The position numbers were made by a program, and so were the translations under genes. Source: Marsupella aquatica (taxonomy: Eukaryota; Plantae; Marchantiophyta). From it: a DNA stretch of 64,000 nucleotides. This document shows positions 62,278 to 64,000 of the stretch, piece by piece. Position 1 is the first letter of the stretch, and the number at the start of each line of letters is the position of its first letter. Below the pieces are notes generated by a model, which saw nothing but the letters and a program-made list of their open reading frames with translations, ran no database searches and was not told the origin of the DNA. The stretch lies in assembly GCA_973895155.1 (NCBI GenBank), contig OZ316898.1, positions 9,039,079-9,103,078 of the forward strand, in the 5' to 3' direction.

Positions 62278-63172
62278 GCGGAGTTGTGTAATGCGTCTCT
62301 GGATTCAATACTCCAAACCTAAGTACAATATTGACGTGTGATCTGTTGAAGGGAAGAGAGAACCTCACATATTTGTAGAAACCGGAGTCTATAGCCTACT
62401 TATCATAATGATGTTCCTGGTGAAGACCAGACCAGATCATTATGAGTGGTCTTGGTCTCTGAAATCTGCCGTGGAAATCACATTTATAAAAAAAAAGTGG
62501 GCAGGATACAGAAGCAGGGAAGTAGCAGAGGACAACTTCCATGGTCGCTGAAGTTCGTCTTGACAGGCCGCAAGGGAAAATATACTACACGGAAACAGGT
62601 GCGTAGTACAGGAACTAATCTTAAAGAGGAACAGGACGAGAGAAGAGGACCACTACTGAGGTTGTGCTGCCCGAGCACTGCTTCGTACCGCAGAGCGAGA
62701 AACCACAACACCGAGTAAGAACTGGGTGCGGACGAGAACTTTACCAAAGGTAATCTACGATGAGGGTACCAAAAGGCCCAACAATACTCCTTCTATAACC
62801 ACAGACAGTAATTCCACTCTGCTGCATTGAAGGGTTTTATGGCCCACAACTGAAAAGACTTTCCAAATCTAATTTCACTTAATTCTTGCATTTTCTTACA
62901 GATGACTCCGTCAAGCTGAGAATCTTTGCTACTGTGAACTACCACCCTCGCGTACCCCATGGCGAGTGAGGCTGACAGTGAAAATCGACTGAACAAATCG
63001 TGCGACTGAAGGAAGCTGAGGAATTAATTCTAATCAAGTCCACTGAGGAATTTGTCAATCTTTTCTCCCGTCTATCACGAATCCGTCATTAGCGTGCAAG
63101 TTAACTCATTTGTCCGAATCATCGCTCATCATGCATGCACAATGAACTAGTTTTCTCCGAGGTTCCTCCACT

Positions 63173-63792
63173 TCAAGACGGTAAGATGTTCAGAGCAACT
63201 TCCTTTAATGTTGGCATCGTTTCCTGCTCATGTATGCACACGAACTGGTAATCCACTCTCCTCAATACTTGCCAAGGTCCTGGGTAAGCCCTGCCAGTAC
63301 CACGAAGTTTCAAATTTATGACTGTCTTGCAGAAGAAAATGTAACTAGCAGGTAAACGTTAAAGCTTCGTACCTGAAGAGAGTGCCTCCAGAACGGCCCT
63401 TGAAATTATGGATGTAGTATACTGTTTCAAATTTTGGGAGGAAGTTTTTTGCAAGAGCTCCCAGTTTTGGATAGAAGAAGGAAGGATAGTCTAACGAACT
63501 GTTAAGATTTTCCAATCCAAGATCAAAAGTCGGTATGTAACATATTTGGGGGCCCTAAGCCCGAGTTCCAGCCACACGTTTCTCGTATCCAGCTAATTCG
63601 TTGCTCAACTCTTAGCAGAGAATATTCACAAACAAAGAGCAGGTAATAAACCAATCACGGCAGATTATATAAAATAGCTCAAGTGAAGGATACAGCCACT
63701 CCTTATTCTATCCAGTTCACCGTTGAAAACAATGATTGGTCGTCCGGAAGCTTCGGCAGAATCTTTATACAGTTCCTCAACCGCAATCATCT
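63173..63792 (-). CDS. LPA3: 3' part of LOW PSII ACCUMULATION 3 (DUF1995 family). Exons 63792-63694, 63490-63373, 63290-63173; gene continues beyond the window
   Basis: EMIAVEELYK...IIVFNGELDRIRSGYYPSFFYPKL...ETVYYIHNFKGRSGGTLFRAYPGPWQVLR...MPTLKEVALNILPS*. Confidence 0.9.
63491..63693 (-). other. U12-type (minor spliceosome) GT-AG intron in LPA3
   Basis: 5' splice site GTATCCTT. Branch site TCTTAAC about 10-16 nt before the AG. No polypyrimidine tract. Confidence 0.85.
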
Positions 63793-64000
63793 CTACACCC
63801 CAAACACAGAAATACCCACCGCACATGAAATGGCTGAACCGACTTCGAAACCTACAACGTAGAACTCTTACAACTGGATCACCAGCTTTAAAATTACTCT
63901 AGTGACAGCACCTCATAGAATTCTGGTAGAAATTTCCTTTATCAACGAGGATTAAATTCTGTACATTAACACATCACCAAGGATTCAATTGTACAGTTGC

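Noticed and set aside
62793-62996. 67-aa minus-strand ORF next to LPA3
   Set aside because: It lies beyond the LPA3 stop at 63173; probably 3' UTR or intergenic.
45140-63792. Cluster of organelle-targeted genes (CNX3, Tim17-family, PPR, LPA3)
   Set aside because: The pathways are unrelated and such genes are common; there is no evidence of a functional cluster.

Overview
Eukaryotic nuclear DNA from a land plant with GT-AG spliced genes. The PPR-DYW style and the HNL-type hydrolase suggest a bryophyte (inference). The left ~44 kb is transposon-rich. It holds a full-length PIF/Harbinger element (10477-17054; TIRs, TAA TSD, intact DDE transposase, trihelix ORF1 with one in-frame stop) and a non-autonomous Helitron family with AAGATGTC-type minisatellite arrays. 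It also holds three 344-bp solo LTRs with perfect 5-bp TSDs (a degenerate fourth lies at ~53.5 kb), Mutator-like MITEs and several tandem repeats. Genes reconstructed by hand: an 11-exon PDIL2-1-type disulfide isomerase, a 5-exon membrane-anchored alpha/beta-hydrolase, CNX3/MoaC, a Tim17/22/23-family protein, an intronless ZOP1-like zinc finger lacking the OCRE domain, a PLS-PPR-DYW editing factor, and the 3' end of LPA3 with a U12-type intron. The top finding concerns the PPR-DYW gene. Three upstream exons missed by the ORF track splice in frame and add a transit peptide plus a complete OSB-type PDF motif (organellar ssDNA-binding). The result is an ssDNA-binding module fused to an RNA C-to-U deaminase. 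All exon structures are manual predictions and need transcript confirmation.
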